Origin: Hyaloraphidium curvatum SAG 235-1
Taxonomy: Eukaryota > Fungi > Monoblepharomycota
Assembly: GCA_025558095.1 (NCBI GenBank)
Contig: JAIVFI010000011.1
Coordinates: forward strand, 744,001 to 808,000
Direction of reading: 5' to 3'
DNA: 64,000 bases
The position numbers and the translations under genes were made by a program. The notes beneath the pieces were generated by a model. The model did no database searches and was not told the DNA's origin. It worked only from the letters and a program-made list of their open reading frames with translations. This document shows positions 30,275 through 43,510 of this stretch, piece after piece; positions within the stretch are counted from its first letter, which is position 1; every line of letters begins with the position of its first letter.

Positions 30275-31333
30275 TCACGGTAGCAAGCCGCCCGTCACCC
30301 TCGTCCACAGCGCCCTCTCCTTGCCGATCTCGCTCTCCGAACGTGTAGCCTCGGAGAACTTCATCCCCGCCACAGCGACCCGGGCGAACCTCCCCAGGAG
30401 CATCCCTTCGACCTCTTCCAGGGTCCCCTCCTCCAACGACGGGCAGAACCCGTCGAGAACGAGGACGTCCGCGGGGGGAAGAATCGCCCGCAGCGGACGC
30501 AGGTGCGAGGTAAGCCCGTTCCGCAGCCTGAGCTCCCCCAACCCCTGCACCGACGCGAGCGGGCGCAGCGAATCCAGCACGGAGAATTCCGTAAAGTCGA
30601 CGAGGTCGATACCGATCCTCCGCGGCGCAAAGTGCGGGCTCGGGAACAGCCCCTCCGCGTGGGCGAGCTCGAAGTAGTCCATCTCCAGCACTTTGATCGC
30701 GGCGACGAGCCTGGGCACGGCAGCGAGGCGCTCGAAAAGGTCCCACGAGTTATCGCGGATGGAGAGGTCCAGCGAATCGAGGAGGGGGGCGGCGCAAAGG
30801 GAGGCGGCGAAGACGGCGCCGTTCTCGGGCACATGGCCGGACCACGAGAGGCGCTTCAGGCCCGGGGGGAGGGGGAAACGCCCCCGACGCGCGGTGTATG
30901 CGCCGGAAAAGAGCACCTCGAGGTGCTCCAGGTGCTCCAGGCGGGAAGCAAGGTCCAGCAAGTGCAGGTCCTCGCTCGAGGCGAAAACCAGGCCGACACG
31001 GCGCAGATTGGGGAACAGAGAAAGGCACTCTGCGGCGCGTTCGGGGGGGCACGGAGGGCGGAGCAGGTCCAGGTGCTGCACGAGGTGTGCGTGCTTCCTC
31101 GCGTTTGCGGGGAACGACGGCGCCGACGCGTCGCGGCCCGCGATGCGCGCGTAGAGCACTGGCAGCGCGAGGTCCAGCATGTGTTTGGACGCGAGCGCGC
31201 ATTCCAGGAGGGTCCGTTTGTGCCCCGTCGCGTCCGCGGCGAGGAAGACGGCGCGGATGAGCTCGGGGAGCAGCGTGGGAGGCCCGTGGGCGGCGTCCGA
31301 GGGGGCGGGGTGCGGCGCGGGGGACGCGTCCAT
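30275..31333 (-). CDS. F-box/LRR family member 4 (intact)
   Basis: LLPELIRAVF..KRTLLECALASKHMLDLALPVLYARI; LFPSPHFAP; ERALWTRVTGG. Confidence 0.8.
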   Translation of the reverse strand: MDASPAPHPAPSDAAHGPPTLLPELIRAVFLAADATGHKRTLLECALASKHMLDLALPVLYARIAGRDASAPSFPANARKHAHLVQHLDLLRPPCPPERAAECLSLFPNLRRVGLVFASSEDLHLLDLASRLEHLEHLEVLFSGAYTARRGRFPLPPGLKRLSWSGHVPENGAVFAASLCAAPLLDSLDLSIRDNSWDLFERLAAVPRLVAAIKVLEMDYFELAHAEGLFPSPHFAPRRIGIDLVDFTEFSVLDSLRPLASVQGLGELRLRNGLTSHLRPLRAILPPADVLVLDGFCPSLEEGTLEEVEGMLLGRFARVAVAGMKFSEATRSESEIGKERALWTRVTGGLLP

Positions 31334-32275
31334 TACGGCGAACCCGCACCTGTTCGTCCGAAGGCCCGGTTCGTCCGAAGGACCTGTTCGGATTCGGCAC
31401 AAACATCTAGGAGGTTCCCATTTTTCCGCATCTGCTCCGCTGCGCGTGGGAACCGCAGTACATGTCCCGACGGTGAGCTGCGCGCACGATCGGGGCTTGG
31501 ACGCGAATGGCAGTGCGGCAGATCCCCGTTCGCGAGCCCAAGAAATCCAGCCTCGGGTTCCATGGAGACCGAGAGCGTGGGATCCCGCGCGTGCCTCCGA
31601 TGTATTGGCCTACCCAAATGGAATGGTGTGGGAACAGGGGTTTGTCGCCTCGCCCTTTGGCCTCGGCGATTGCTGAGTGTCCGTGGACAGCACCGGTGAC
31701 GTGCGCGGAATTCGGATCGAACTGCGGTGGCGGGGTGGTTCGGGCGGCGCAATTGCTGCGGAAGCCGCACGTTTTCGGGCTGCGGGGAAGGGCGGTGCGG
31801 GGCCGCTGCGAGGAGACCGACCGGTCCCCCTCGCAGGATGCCCTTCCGACGTGCCGGAAACTCTGCCGAAGCTCCGCTGCGGCTACCCCGCGCCGCAACG
31901 CCAAGGTCTGGACTCGGCTGGGCGGCGCTTCCGCCCTTCTGATTGCCGAGCCAGGCGGCAATTAGTTATCGCACCCTGGCTGGGCAGGACACGGGATCGG
32001 GCGTCGGACTCGGCATTCTAGAGGCGAAAGCAGCAAATCCGCATCGGGGACGGTCTCTGTTGATTGACCAGGAGCGCCCGGAGGTCGGTTCCGAAGAACT
32101 TTGCCGTGGCGTGCGACAGCACGGGGGCGGGACGAGCCTGGCTGGCGGCCTGGGCCCAGTGACGTGAGAGGGAAACTAGGGAACCTTCTCTTTGGAAGAG
32201 TGGGTCCCGCACGGGAACTCCCGCCCGCCACCGACTCGCCGCTCCCGAGTCGCCGCCCTCGCCTGTAGATCGCCA

Positions 32276-33431
32276 ATGGACCCCTCCAGCTCGCCCGAAC
32301 TGCCCGAATACGACGACGCGCCTTCGTGGAGCAGCCTTCTGGCGGCGCTCGCGGCCGAGCCGGCGCTCGCAGCTCGGTTCGCGGAGGGCCGCGATAGGCG
32401 CAGCCGCTTCAGATCGCTCAGGACCATCGGCCGCGGCTCCGAGGGCTCGGTGAGGTGTGCCCTCTCGCTGGACACCGGGGAGCTGGTCGCCGTCAAGGCG
32501 TGCCGGAAGCCGGCCGCGCCCGAGCCCAGCCGAGCGCTGGTCCGCACGCCCTCGGCGGAGGCCGCGATCGTCGACCGCGCGCGCGTCTCGGACGAGCTGC
32601 GGCGGCGGTTCGAGGCGCTGCAGGCGCTGGAGCACCCCAACCTCGTTCGAATGCTCGAGCAGTTTGAAACCGAATCGCGGGTGTACACTGTGACCGAGCT
32701 CTGCGAGGGGGTGGGTCGCCGGCGGCAATCTTACATCGCTCGGTCATCTGACCTTCCTATGTGTTGTTTAGGACCTGGCAGCCTTCCTCGAGGCCCGCGA
32801 AGACCGCCGGCTCCCCGAGCACCTCATCCGGCCCATCCTCCTCGCCGTCCTCCGAGCCCTCTCTCACCTGCACGCCCACGGCATCGTGCACCGCGACCTC
32901 AAGCCCTCCAACATCCTCCTCCGCACCTTCTCGAACCCCGCTGACCTCTGCCTGGCCGACTTTGGCTCCGCCAAGGTCCACGACCCCACCTCGGAGGACC
33001 ACCGCATGAAGACACTCGTCGGCACTCCCTTCTACATCGCCCCCGAGCTCATCCAAGGCCTCCCCTACGGCCCCGAGGTGGACCTCTACCCCCTGGGCGT
33101 GATCGCCTTCGAGCTCGCCTGCGGGTCGCACCCCTTTGCCGGCGCCGCCGGCTTCGCGGACCTGTACGCGCGCGCCGCCCGCGGGGACTGGGAGTTCCCC
33201 CCCGGCGTCGGCAGCCCCGAGCTGCGGGACCTCGTGCGCGGGCTGATGCGGGCGGACCCGGCGGCGAGGATGGGGTGCGCGGCCGCCGCCGCGCACCCGT
33301 TCTTCGCGGGGCATGCGGGGGCGCAGCGGGCGAGGCCGAGGATGGCGAGGGAGATGTCGGGGACCGCGGTGACGTGGAGCGCGGAGGCGAGGGAGCTGCG
33401 GCCCGCGGAGACGGTCGCGGCAACGGGGTGA
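32276..33431 (+). CDS. CAMK-group Ser/Thr kinase 1; intron 32711-32771
   Basis: IGRGSEG, VAVK, HPNL, HRDLKPSNIL, ADFG, GTPFYIAPE. Confidence 0.9.
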
Positions 33432-33536
33432 TGGCAATCTGGATGGATGGTTTAGAGCTGTACCACTGTGGTCCCAGGGTTGACGTGTTGTATTGGCATT
33501 CGTTGAAGTGATCGGTCATATACCCTTATACAAACC

Positions 33537-34191
33537 TCACTCCTTCAGGTGGCACACGGCCTCCACTTCGTGCCCGTCAGGATCCTTGACGAACGCGCCG
33601 TAGTAGTCCGGATGGTAGTGCGGCCGCAGCCCGGGCTTGCCGTTGTCGGTGCCGCCGGCGGCGATGGCGGCGGCGTACCAGGCGTCTGTCGAGGGGAGGG
33701 GAGCTGGCGGGTCAGCGGGAAAGGTGGAAAGGGAGGTCGAAGGCCGTCTCACCGACGGACTTGCGGTCGGGCGAGGCGAACGCGATGTGCATGCCCTTAA
33801 TGGCGGCCGCGGAGCGGGAGGGGTGGCACGAGAGCCAGAAATCGGGCTTGGTCTGCCCGGGGGGGCCGCCCCATTCCGTCAGTAGGTGCCGACGGGGGTG
33901 TGCAAGCGGTGCGCCGGCGTCCCACCTTGCCCATGCCGACCTCCCTGCCCATCGGGTGGTCGTACCCCATCTTCTTGGAGATGCCGAGAGGGGCAAGAGC
34001 GGCTTCGTAGAACTGCCCGCGAACGGAAAAGGCGACGTGGGGCCAAGCGTCGAAGGAAGAAGGGTGATGCCCGGCCAAGACGACAGGTCAAAATAGAATT
34101 GTCCTCCACCGGGCGGGAAGCGCACCTTGAGCGACTTGTCCATGTCCGCGACGGGGATCGAGACGTGGTCAAACACGGTCGAGGTGAACAT
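33537..34191 (-). CDS. Glyoxalase/VOC family protein, multi-intron
   Basis: FDHVSIPVAD, FYEAALAPLG, MHIAFAS, GGTDNGKPGLRPHYHPDYYGAFVKDPDGHEVEAVCH. Confidence 0.9.
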
Positions 34192-34625
34192 CTTCGCGAC
34201 TGGCGGCGGGAGTTCAGAACGGCGGCTTCCGCGGTCCGTCAGGGCGACGCCGGCCCGCCCGCCCGCGCTCACCGCTGTCCGTGGGGGCGGGGCTCGTCGT
34301 GGCGTCGGCGCTCATCACGATGGGCCCTGCACGTCGAGGGGAAGCTCAACGAAGTTCAGCGGGAGAACCAGGGGACCGCCGTCCCGCATCTCGGAACCCG
34401 GAAATCGCCACGCACGGCGCTACGGCCACCTAATCATTTCTGCTGGACACACTCGATGAGTTCCTTTCCACGTCATGCAGCCGGACCGCTGTCGCATAGA
34501 TGGCCGACGCTTTTCCAGAACTTCGTGCTCGATCAATGTCTCCCACAACGCAATCAAGCCGTGCCCAAAGCCCCCGGTCCTTAGCTGCTTTTTGAGAGAT
34601 GAGACGAGTCCGACCAAGGGGATAG

Positions 34626-35099
34626 TTGCTCACGCGGGCCCAACCCGCTGCGGCCGCCGCTCCCGCCGCGCCATCGCCCGCCGCCGCCTCCCCGCCGCCC
34701 CCCGCAGCGCCGCTGCCGGTCGCCGCCGCCACCGCTCCGCCCGCTGCCGAGGTCCTGCCGCCGCCGGTGCCGCGCCGGCCTCGGGACCCGCTGCCGCCGC
34801 TCCCGACGCCGGTCGACATCGACCTCCCGCCCGCGCCCCGCTCCGCCGCCGACCCCGAATTCCGCTACACATTCCTGTGGAACGCTGCCAACGCCTCGCT
34901 GTCGCGCAGGGGCGGGCTGACGCCCGAGCCGGAGGAGGACGAGGAGGCGGCGGAGGACCCGAAGCCGCAGCTCAAGGACGCTTCGAGGTCCAGCGCCGCG
35001 ACCCTGGTGCAGGAGGACGGCACCGGGGAGGTGTTTGTTTACGGGAAGGAGACGGACGGCGTGGAATGGAGGGCAGTGGGGCCGACCGTCGTCGCCTGA
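34626..35099 (+). CDS. Pro/Ala-rich hypothetical protein or terminal exon; start unclear
   Basis: Coding-like codon bias but no clear ATG. Confidence 0.35.
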   Translation: MLTRAQPAAAAAPAAPSPAAASPPPPAAPLPVAAATAPPAAEVLPPPVPRRPRDPLPPLPTPVDIDLPPAPRSAADPEFRYTFLWNAANASLSRRGGLTPEPEEDEEAAEDPKPQLKDASRSSAATLVQEDGTGEVFVYGKETDGVEWRAVGPTVVA

Positions 35100-35457
35100 G
35101 CGGCGTTCCCCCCAAAAGCGGACTACTCGTCGTCGACCTTGGACGATGCTCTTTCACGAACTTGGACGGACCTGATTACGGCCGACGGGCGTCTCTGTCA
35201 CGCTTCCAGGGACGGATTGTTTTTCATTCGCTGCGGAACCACCGGGCGAAAACGGACAAAGTGTAACCAACTGCGCAACTGCGCTCTGACCAATTCGTAG
35301 CATGTGAGGATAGATGTTTATCAATGAAGGACCTTCGATTGCGTTTCCCCGTCGAATGCGGCGGTCGGGAGCCGAGTTGTAGCTTGAAGACGCGCGGCGA
35401 CTGGGGACGCCCGACAAGCAATGACAAACCACCTCCCGCTCGCCCGTAGCCAACGCG

Positions 35458-36602
35458 ATGGACGCGGCATCGACCGAGTCCAAACTCTCCGACGCGTCCG
35501 ATGCCGCGGAATCGGCCGCCGGCGGAGCGGAGGAGGACGGGCCGGCGCTGCCGCCCGAGATTCTGTGCATCGTGTTTTGCATCCTGGACGACGCCGGCTG
35601 CAAAGCCAGCCTCCTGGAGTGCGCCCTCGCGTCGAAAGCGACAAAGGAACTTGTTTTTCCCGTTCTTTTTGCGCGCATCAAATCCAGGCACGTCTGGACG
35701 TCTTCGTTCCTGGACGCCGCCGCCCGAAAGCACGGCCACCTGGTCCAGATGGCGGATATGAGCGAACGATACCTAGGCCGCGAAGGGACGGTAGCCTGCC
35801 TCGCTTTCTTTGGAAATCTCCGAAAACTCGATCTGGCCGCGGATTGGGAAGACGACGGCTTCTTCCTGCGGCTCGTTTCGAGCATGGAGAAACTGGAGAA
35901 GCTCACGGTGCGCTCTGCCGAGAGCCGCCACGGCCATCCGAACCCGCCCATTTGTCTGCCACCGGCGCTGAAGTTCCTGACCTGGACGGGTCTGGTTCCC
36001 GACAGGGGATCCAAGCTCGCCGCGGCGCTCGGGCCCGCCCGGCAGCTGCGATGCCTCGAGTTGGACGCTTTCCACACCTCGGAGGACTTTTTCAACCGCC
36101 TCGTCCCTCTGGGCCGGGTCGTAGCGGCCACAACTGTCCTTTCCCTGCCGCGGAACGAGCTCGTCTTTGCCGACGCACTTTTCCGCAGCCCCGAGTTCGC
36201 GCCGTCCAGGCTCTACGTTGGCCAGTACTGGCGCCCCGAGGATGACGACGGTGACGAGGACGGTCCGACGGTGCTTCCGCCTTCCCTCTGCGCCCTGAAC
36301 GGACTGGAGGTGCTCGAGCTGAGCGGCTTTCGTTCTTCGTTCCTCGCCGAGCAGGGAAGCGGGCTGCCGCCGGCAAAGGAGCTCGTGCTCAAGAGCTTGT
36401 CGGCGGACCTGCGGCCGGACGAGCTGGCTCCCGTGGAGGCCATGCTTGGGAAGAAGTACGGAAGCGTCGCCGTCTCTCCTCCGGGACATGGAGCACCGGG
36501 GTGGACGCTGCGGAAATGGACATGTGGAGGAGGGTGACGAGCGGGCGGACCACGCTTCATGGACCGCCACCCCGCCCTGCTCGTCGCTCGGCAATGGTAT
36601 AG
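35458..36602 (+). CDS. F-box/LRR family member 5 (frameshift near the C-terminus, ~36480-36500)
   Basis: GPALPPEILCIVF..KASLLECALASK; LFRSPEFAP. The family tail AAEMDMWRRVTSGR lies in another frame. Confidence 0.75.
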
Positions 36603-37101
36603 AGGGCCATCGGGAAGTCCGACTCTCTTCATTTGCCACCCCCTGCCGAACGACCGGAATCTCCAGGCGACGCAACATGAGGCCGAAACGCGCCGGAAAG
36701 AACGGCCAGGAGTCGATTGTTGCTCTTCATGTCAGAGGAAGAAGTTGTGCGAGTGGCGCCGGGGCGGCGAAGCGCACCATCCCCATGTCGCAATCCCGAG
36801 TGACTAACGAGCCGGATTTCCGGCATGAAAAAAAACCGGACGGCCTGCAAACATCACGCATTCTTCGACGCCCTTTCGCTCACAGGCCGTTAATTTTCAT
36901 TTCTGGTGGGCGTCGCTCTGCGGCGGGCGCGTGAACGGGGGACACGGTGCGTCCCAAAGGACTTGCCGCCGGCCGTGCGGGATCCCCCGGAGCCCGGTGG
37001 CGCCAACTCATTTTTGCTCGTTCCCTTTTCCTCGCGCACCTCGACTGTTTCAGTTGCTTTCCCATCGCACTGCAGCTCCCTCCGACTTCCTGCGCCGCAC
37101 C

Positions 37102-38861
37102 ATGTCGACGAACAAGGCCGTCGCCGCCGAGAGGGCGGCGCTCGAGGACGAGCTCCGGCTCGCCAAACTCGGGTACAAGCAGGAGCTCAAGCGCGGCCTG
37201 ACGGCCTTCCACAACTTCGTGGGTGGCGCCCGCTGCCCCTGCAACGGCGCTGACGCACTCCTTCCGCGCAGGGCATCTCATTTTCGCACATCTCGATCCT
37301 CATCGGCATCGCCCCGCTCGTCGGCTATGTCATGGTCGCCGGCGGCCCGGCGGCGGCGGTTTGGGGGTGGATCATCGCGGGCGCTTTCTCGCTCTGCGTG
37401 TGCTCGGCGCTGGCCGAGATCTGTTCGGCATACCCGACCTCGGGCGGCCTCTACTGTCGGTGGCGTTGCCGGAGCTCGGCAGCATCGTGCTCACCCCTTC
37501 CACGCAGACTGGTCCGCCAAGCTCGGCGGCGAGGAGTACGGCCCCGTGTTTGCGTGGTTCAACGGCTGGTTCAACGCCGTCGGCGAACTCGCGGGTATCA
37601 CGGGCGTCGCGTACCAGGTCTCGCTCTTCATCGTCGGCCTCGTCAACATCCAGACCCCGTGGGAGTACACCCAGGGCACCGTCGTCGGCATCGCCATTGC
37701 GCTCCTGTTCGCGCAGGGCCTGCTCAACAGCCTCAACGAGCGGCTGCTCGCGCACTTCACCGAGGCTTCCGTGTTCATCCACGTATTTGGATCTCTCGCC
37801 ATCTTCATTACCCTGCTGGCGACCTCGCCGAAGCTGCAGTCCGCCAGCTGGCTCTTCACGACCGTCGTCAACGAGACCGGATGGGAAAGCAACGGCTTCG
37901 CGTTCCTCCTCGCCTTCCTCCTCCCCGGCTGGACCTTCGTGGGCTACGACGCCTCGGCCCACGTCTCGGAGGAGACCCAGAACTCGCACACCGCCGCCGC
38001 CAAGGGCATGATCCACTCGCTGCTGTGGTCTATCGTCGGCGGCTGGCTGCTCCTCATCGCCTACTTCGTCACCATCCAGGACTACGAGGCCACGCTCACG
38101 ACCTCGTACGGCTTCCCCGTCGTGCAGATCCTGGTCGACAACGCCGGGCCCGTCGGAGGCAGCGTGCTGCTGGCCATCATCACCCTCGGCTCCTTCTTCT
38201 GCGGGTTCTCGGCCATGACCGCCAACAGCCGCATGATGTACTCGTTCGCCCGCGACGGCGCGATTCCGAAGCTCTTCTACTGGAACCACCCCACGACCAA
38301 GCTGCCTCTCCGGACGATCTGGCTCTGCGTGCTCGTGTGCTCGCTGCTGCTCCTCACGGCGTTGGGCTCGCCGATCGTGCTCTACGCCTTCAACTCGGTC
38401 TGCACTATTGGATTCAACGTGGGTAGCCCGCGCCGGGCCTGGACGGAAAGCTAACGTCATGGCCCTGGCCGTCGCAGACCGCCTACGTGATCCCCATCCT
38501 TCTGCGCCTCACGGTCGGCCGATCATCCTTCAAGCAGGCCGAGTTCAACCTCGGCCGCTTCTCCGAGGTCATCGGCTGGCTCGCCGTCTTCTGGGCCGCC
38601 TTCCTCTTCGTCCTCCTCTGCTTCCCGACCTCGCAGCCCGTCACCCCCGAGACGGCCAACTACGCCCCCCTGATGCTGGGCTCGGTCATCATCGCCGCGG
38701 CCGTGGCGTGGTTCTGGGCGCGGAACTGGTTCAAGGGGCCGAGGGTGCTGGTGTCGGAAGAGCAGGTGCGCGAGCTCGAGCAGACGCTGCGGGAGCGCGG
38801 GGCGGAGCCGGACGCGCAGGAGCTGGCGGCGGAGTCGAAAAAGGAGGTTTCGGCGGCGTGA
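37102..38861 (+). CDS. APC-superfamily amino acid/GABA permease (UGA4/ACT-like); 3 introns
   Basis: LGYKQELKR, GGPAAAVWGW, LAEICSAYPTSGGLYYW, GYDASAHVSEET, SRMMYSFARDGAIP, ANYA. Confidence 0.92.
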
Positions 38862-38939
38862 TCGTCCGCACTCTCTTTTGGTTGACAAACTAGAAGAAAT
38901 TCCTGCTACCGTTTGACCAGCGCCGTGCGCTGAACGGCA

Positions 38940-39447
38940 TCGCAATCCTTCTTCACCCGGCCACCTCCGCAGCGTCGGCCGCCGATCTTCTGCCGCGGAC
39001 GAATCCAAAGTCCGGAACCGATACCGGATTGAAACTAGATGCACGGCCTAGCTCCACTTCTCGGCAGGACGACCGGCGTGGTACGAGAATGCCATGCAGA
39101 AAAGGGTGAACGCCCGTCACGGCCACGAGATGCTCTCCTGCAGCAGGTTGCTGGCCCACCAGAAGCACCCGTTGGGATCCCCGTGCGGGGACGAGATGAC
39201 GAACCCCGGCTGCATCCTCCGCACCGCCACCCTGTACCACGTCCTCGTGAGCATCACCGGCGGGATGTTGGAGCGGTACGACAGGTCCAGCAGGATCCTC
39301 CGCTGCATCGGCCGCCGATCCCTCGCCACGGACGATTCGGAAGTCCCGAACCCGGATCCCGAACTTGAACCTCACGCGCATTGCACGCTCCACGCCATCG
39401 AGCTGAACCGGATCCAGCGAGACCTTCCCGCCATCGAGCGCGAGCAA
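38940..39447 (-). pseudogene. Scrambled remnants including two F-box/LRR-family C-termini
   Basis: VRDFRIVRGEGSAADAAE and VPDFGFVRGRRSAADAAEVAG*RRI resemble member 6's FARGEGSAADKAERAMW. Confidence 0.5.
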
Positions 39448-39732
39448 GGGCGTCGATCAATCGGAAGCCCGTCCGTGGTCCTCGAGAGCAGCGCCATTCC
39501 GAATGCCGCCGCATCCCAGCCAACAAGAACGGCAGCCTAAGCTCCTCCGAAAGCTTCCCCCAAGCTAGCTTCATGCAGGCCGCAAAGTCGCCGTCGTCCG
39601 GGCGCCGCTTGCAGAGCAGCGCTTCTCCCACGGACCCTTTCTCATAAACCTTTTGGGATTCACGCGAATAAGTCGACTCGCCTGCACCGTCACTAACCAC
39701 CCACCCGTCCGCCCGTCCCGCAAACACCGACC

Positions 39733-42700
39733 ATGCCGTCTTCCGACCCCGTCTCGGGCAACGCGATGCAGCCCCGCGGCGGCCCCGCCGGCCGCACGCC
39801 GCCCTACTCGATCCGCGACGTCCCTCGCCTTCACGCGCGTAACCTCGCGCTCGCCCGCCCGGAGCACCACTGGACCGCGCCGAGGATCGTCGTCGACGCG
39901 ACGGAGGACGAGTTCCATGCGCAGGCGAAGAAGGAGGAGGGGGGTGGGGGTGGGAAGAAGGCGGACGGGACAGGGGCTGCCGCGGTGGGCTTCTCGACCT
40001 GCCGTCGCGCGGCGGGGCGGCACCGACCTTGTCCCGCAGCGGCTCACGCACCTGCTTTCTTCGTTTCAGAAACCGTCTTCGGATGAGGACCAGAAGTGCC
40101 CAGAAGAGGATCAGCAGGGTCCGAAAGGGGAACGGAAGCCGTCTTCGGAGGAGAAGCGGAAGTCTCGGGAGAAGGCTCAAGGGCCGAGGGAGGACACGAA
40201 TCCGTCGTCCGAGGAAGGTCAACAGGCGCCGAAACCTGACCAGGAGCACGCGGACGCGGGCAAGAAACGACCTGAACCTGACCCGAATGCGCCCGGGCTG
40301 TACGAAGCGCAGCTCATCCGCGCCATCTCCAAGCCCGGGGCCAGGAACCCGACACCGCCCTCCTTCCCGCTCACGGACATCGACAACGCGGACACGGGGA
40401 CGCCGGACAACTGGGTCCCGCGGCTGACCTCGGAGACGGGCGAAAGCCTCACGCGCCTCACCGGGTCGCACCCCTTGAACGCCGAGCCCAAGCTCGCGGA
40501 CCTGCTCTCCGACGGCCTGCTCACGAGCACGTTCCGGCACTACGTCCGCAACCACGGCCCCGTGCCGTTCCTGGAATGGGAGACCCACAGCGTGTTTGTC
40601 CGCGGGCCGGGGCTCGAGGCGGGGAAGGAGGTAGGGATGGACGAGATCGCGGGGATGGGGCGCGCAGAGTTCCCCGTCACCTTCTGCTGCGACGGATTCC
40701 GGCGGTCGGAGCTCAACAAGGTCCGCAGGACGCAGGGGTTCGACATGGGCGCGGGGACCGCCGGGACCGCGGTCTGGGGCGGCGTGCCGCTGCGGACCTT
40801 CCTGCTGGCACTGTTCCCGGACCTCGACAAGCGCGAGACGTCGCAGCTGCACGTGCACTTCGAGGGCACCGAGGACCTGGCCAACGGCAAGTACGGGACC
40901 TCGCTGCCGCTGGACTACGTGCTGGATGCGGGCAACGACTGCATGCTCGCATACACGATGAACGGCCTGCCGCTGCCGCCGGACCACGGGTATCCGATCC
41001 GGACAATCCTTCCGGTGGGCCAGTCGAGCCGTGAATGCGCGATAGTCCTGACCCTGGTTCGCCATGCAGGGGATGGTCGGAGGGCGGACTGTCAAGTGGC
41101 TTCGGAAGATCGAGATCGCGGACCGCGAGAGCGACAACTGGTACCACCGGCACGACAACCGGCTCTATCCAGAGCAGGTCAAGGACGTCGGCGATGTCGA
41201 GCGCGTGGAGTGGCACCTCCATCCTGGTGGGGAAGAGCGACGGCTGCGCAAAGCGGAGGCTGCTGATGTGCGATCGCGTTCGTCCCTGCAGATACGGTCA
41301 TCACCCAGCTCCCGCTGCAGTCCGTCATCGTGCACCCCGCCCCCGGCACTCGCCTCCCGCTCTCACAGCTCTCCGCCGCCAGTGCGACCTACAAGCTCCG
41401 TGGCTTCGCGTTCGCGGGCTCGGGCCAGCGCGTTTCCAAGGTCTCCGTCCTGCTCTCGGGCGCTTCCCTCCCCGCCACGTGGCGCTACGCCCCCCGCACC
41501 TTCCTCCCGGACTCGATGCGGCACGGCACGAAGCACTGGACCTGGTGCCACTGGGAGCTCGACGTCCCCGCCGCGGAGCTCCTTGCGTGCGAGGAGGTGC
41601 GCGTGCGGGCGTTCGACGCCGGGAAAAACACCCAGCCGGAGGAGAGCGTCTTCGATCTGGGCGGGTACATGGGCAACGGGCACTACGTCGTCAAGCCGCG
41701 GATCGTGCCGGCCGGCGAAGGGGGAGGGGAGGCGTGCCTGCTGTTCCTGCACCCGACCGACACCTCGGATCCGGGCAACGGGTGGATGGAGCCGTCGGCG
41801 GCGGTCAGGATCGAGTCGGCCAAGGCGGCGGCGGGCACGGCGGACCTCAAGGAGATGTCGTGGGACGAGGTCAAGAAGCATGCCAAGCGGGACGACATGT
41901 GGATCGTAATCGACGGCGTCGTCTGTAGGTCCTTCTGGGTGCTACCATTCGTGTTCAGCGTTGATCGGCAGACCCAGATGACGTCACTGACTTTGCCTCC
42001 AAGCACCCTGGTGGCACCGCGCCGCTGGCGTCGCACGCCGGCCAGGACGTCTCGTTCATCTTCGCATCCATCCACGACGACCGAGCCCGCTCGATGGCCT
42101 CCTCCTACGCGATCGGCCGCGTCTCGTCTCCCGAGCCCGGGGCGCGACCCACGCGGGCCCCGCATGAGGCGACCGAGGGCGACCACGCGATCCACCCCGG
42201 GCGCTGGGTCTCGTGCTCCCTCGTTCGCAAGGAGGGCGTCTCGCACGACGTGAGGCGGTTCACGTTCCGCTTGCCGGGGGGCGGCAGGCTCGCCCTCCCG
42301 ACGGGCAAGCACCTCCGGATCGGCGTGCACTTCAAGGACAAGATGGTGCAGCGGATGTACACGCCCACGAGGCCGATCCTGCCCGAGGAGGAGGACGGGA
42401 CGTTCGACTTGGTGGTCAAGATCTACCTGCCCAACACGGATCCGCGGTACCCGCCGGGCGGGCTCATCTCGAACTACCTCGACACAATGGTGCGTCTGCG
42501 GCTGCAGTCGATTTCTCGGCCATAGACTCATCACTCTCCTGACAGGAACCGGGCGACAGGATCGACGTCCGCGGGCCCGAGGGCTACATAGAGTACGACG
42601 GGAACGGCAAGCTGAATGTGTCGCTGAAGGACCTCGTGGCCAAGCGCATCTCGCTCGTCGCCGGCGGCTCGGGCATCACGCCCATCTTCCAGCTCATCCG

Positions 42701-43055
42701 CCGCATCCTCTCAGATCCCGATGACCCGGTGCGGATGCGGTTCGTGTTCGCAAACAAGACCCCCTCGGACATCATCCTCCGCGCGGAACTCGACAGGCTG
42801 GCGGCCGAGAACCGGGAGCGGTTCGAGGTCATGTACTCGGTCGACAAGGAGCCGCAGGGGGAGGATGCGAGCGGGATCGCACACGTGGGCCACGTGGATG
42901 CCGGGGTGCTGGGGTGGTTGTTCCTGCCCGGGCGCGGCGGCGAGGAGGAGGCGGTCGCGCTGGTGTGCGGGCCGCCGCGGATGATCGAGAAGGGGGTCGT
43001 GCCCGGCCTCGAAAAGCTGGGCTACGAGCGGGAGAAGAATCTCTTTGTTTTCTAG
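39733..43055 (+). CDS. niaD: Nitrate reductase-like enzyme (Moco + dimerisation + cytochrome b5 + FAD/NAD domains); about 5 introns
   Basis: TPDNWVPR, LTGSHPLNAEP, HYVRNHGPVP, CDGFRRSELN, LPPDHGYPIR, GGRTVKWL, WTWCHW, HPGG, RMYTP, AGGSGITP, FANKT, CGPP. Orthology to niaD is untested. Confidence 0.88.
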
Positions 43056-43079
43056 TTGTCACTGGTCCAGTAGATGCTC

Positions 43080-43510
43080 TCATTCCTCGCGAAGCGCTTC
43101 TCGCGGCGGTACATCTTCGTCTACAAGACTCCAGTGCTCCCAAAGCGGCTCGCACGCCGCCTCGACCTGGCATTCGCATTCCTCCCCTCCCCCCTCCCGC
43201 CTCGCCTTCCTCGCCTCCCTCTTCCCGGGCGCCACCTTCCTCGGCGCCCTCGACCCCCCGCATGCGCTCCCGGCACTCCCACCGCGCGGACGTGCTTCGC
43301 ACCACCGGCTCCTCCTTCCCCTACGTCGCCACCCTTGCGGCCGAGGAGGACCGGCCGGTGGTGCTCGACGGGCCGAGCGAGGAAAATCCCGGCGGGCGGG
43401 AGATGTGGGGGTACGCGAGGGCGGGGCATGCGAGGGTCGGGCCGGAGGGGGAGGCGGGGTACTTTGGCAGGGTGATGCAGGAGGGGAAAATTAGGAGGCT
43501 GGGGGAGGGG
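43080..43510 (+). pseudogene. Frameshifted gene fragment, family unknown
   Basis: Coding-like segments spread across frames (RADVLRTTGSSFPYVATLAAEEDRPVV...). No start. Confidence 0.3.

Noticed and set aside
23870-43055. SSADH + permease + NR as a nitrogen/GABA gene cluster
   Set aside because: SSADH is separated from the other two by many unrelated genes, there is no GABA transaminase, and permease specificity is unknown.
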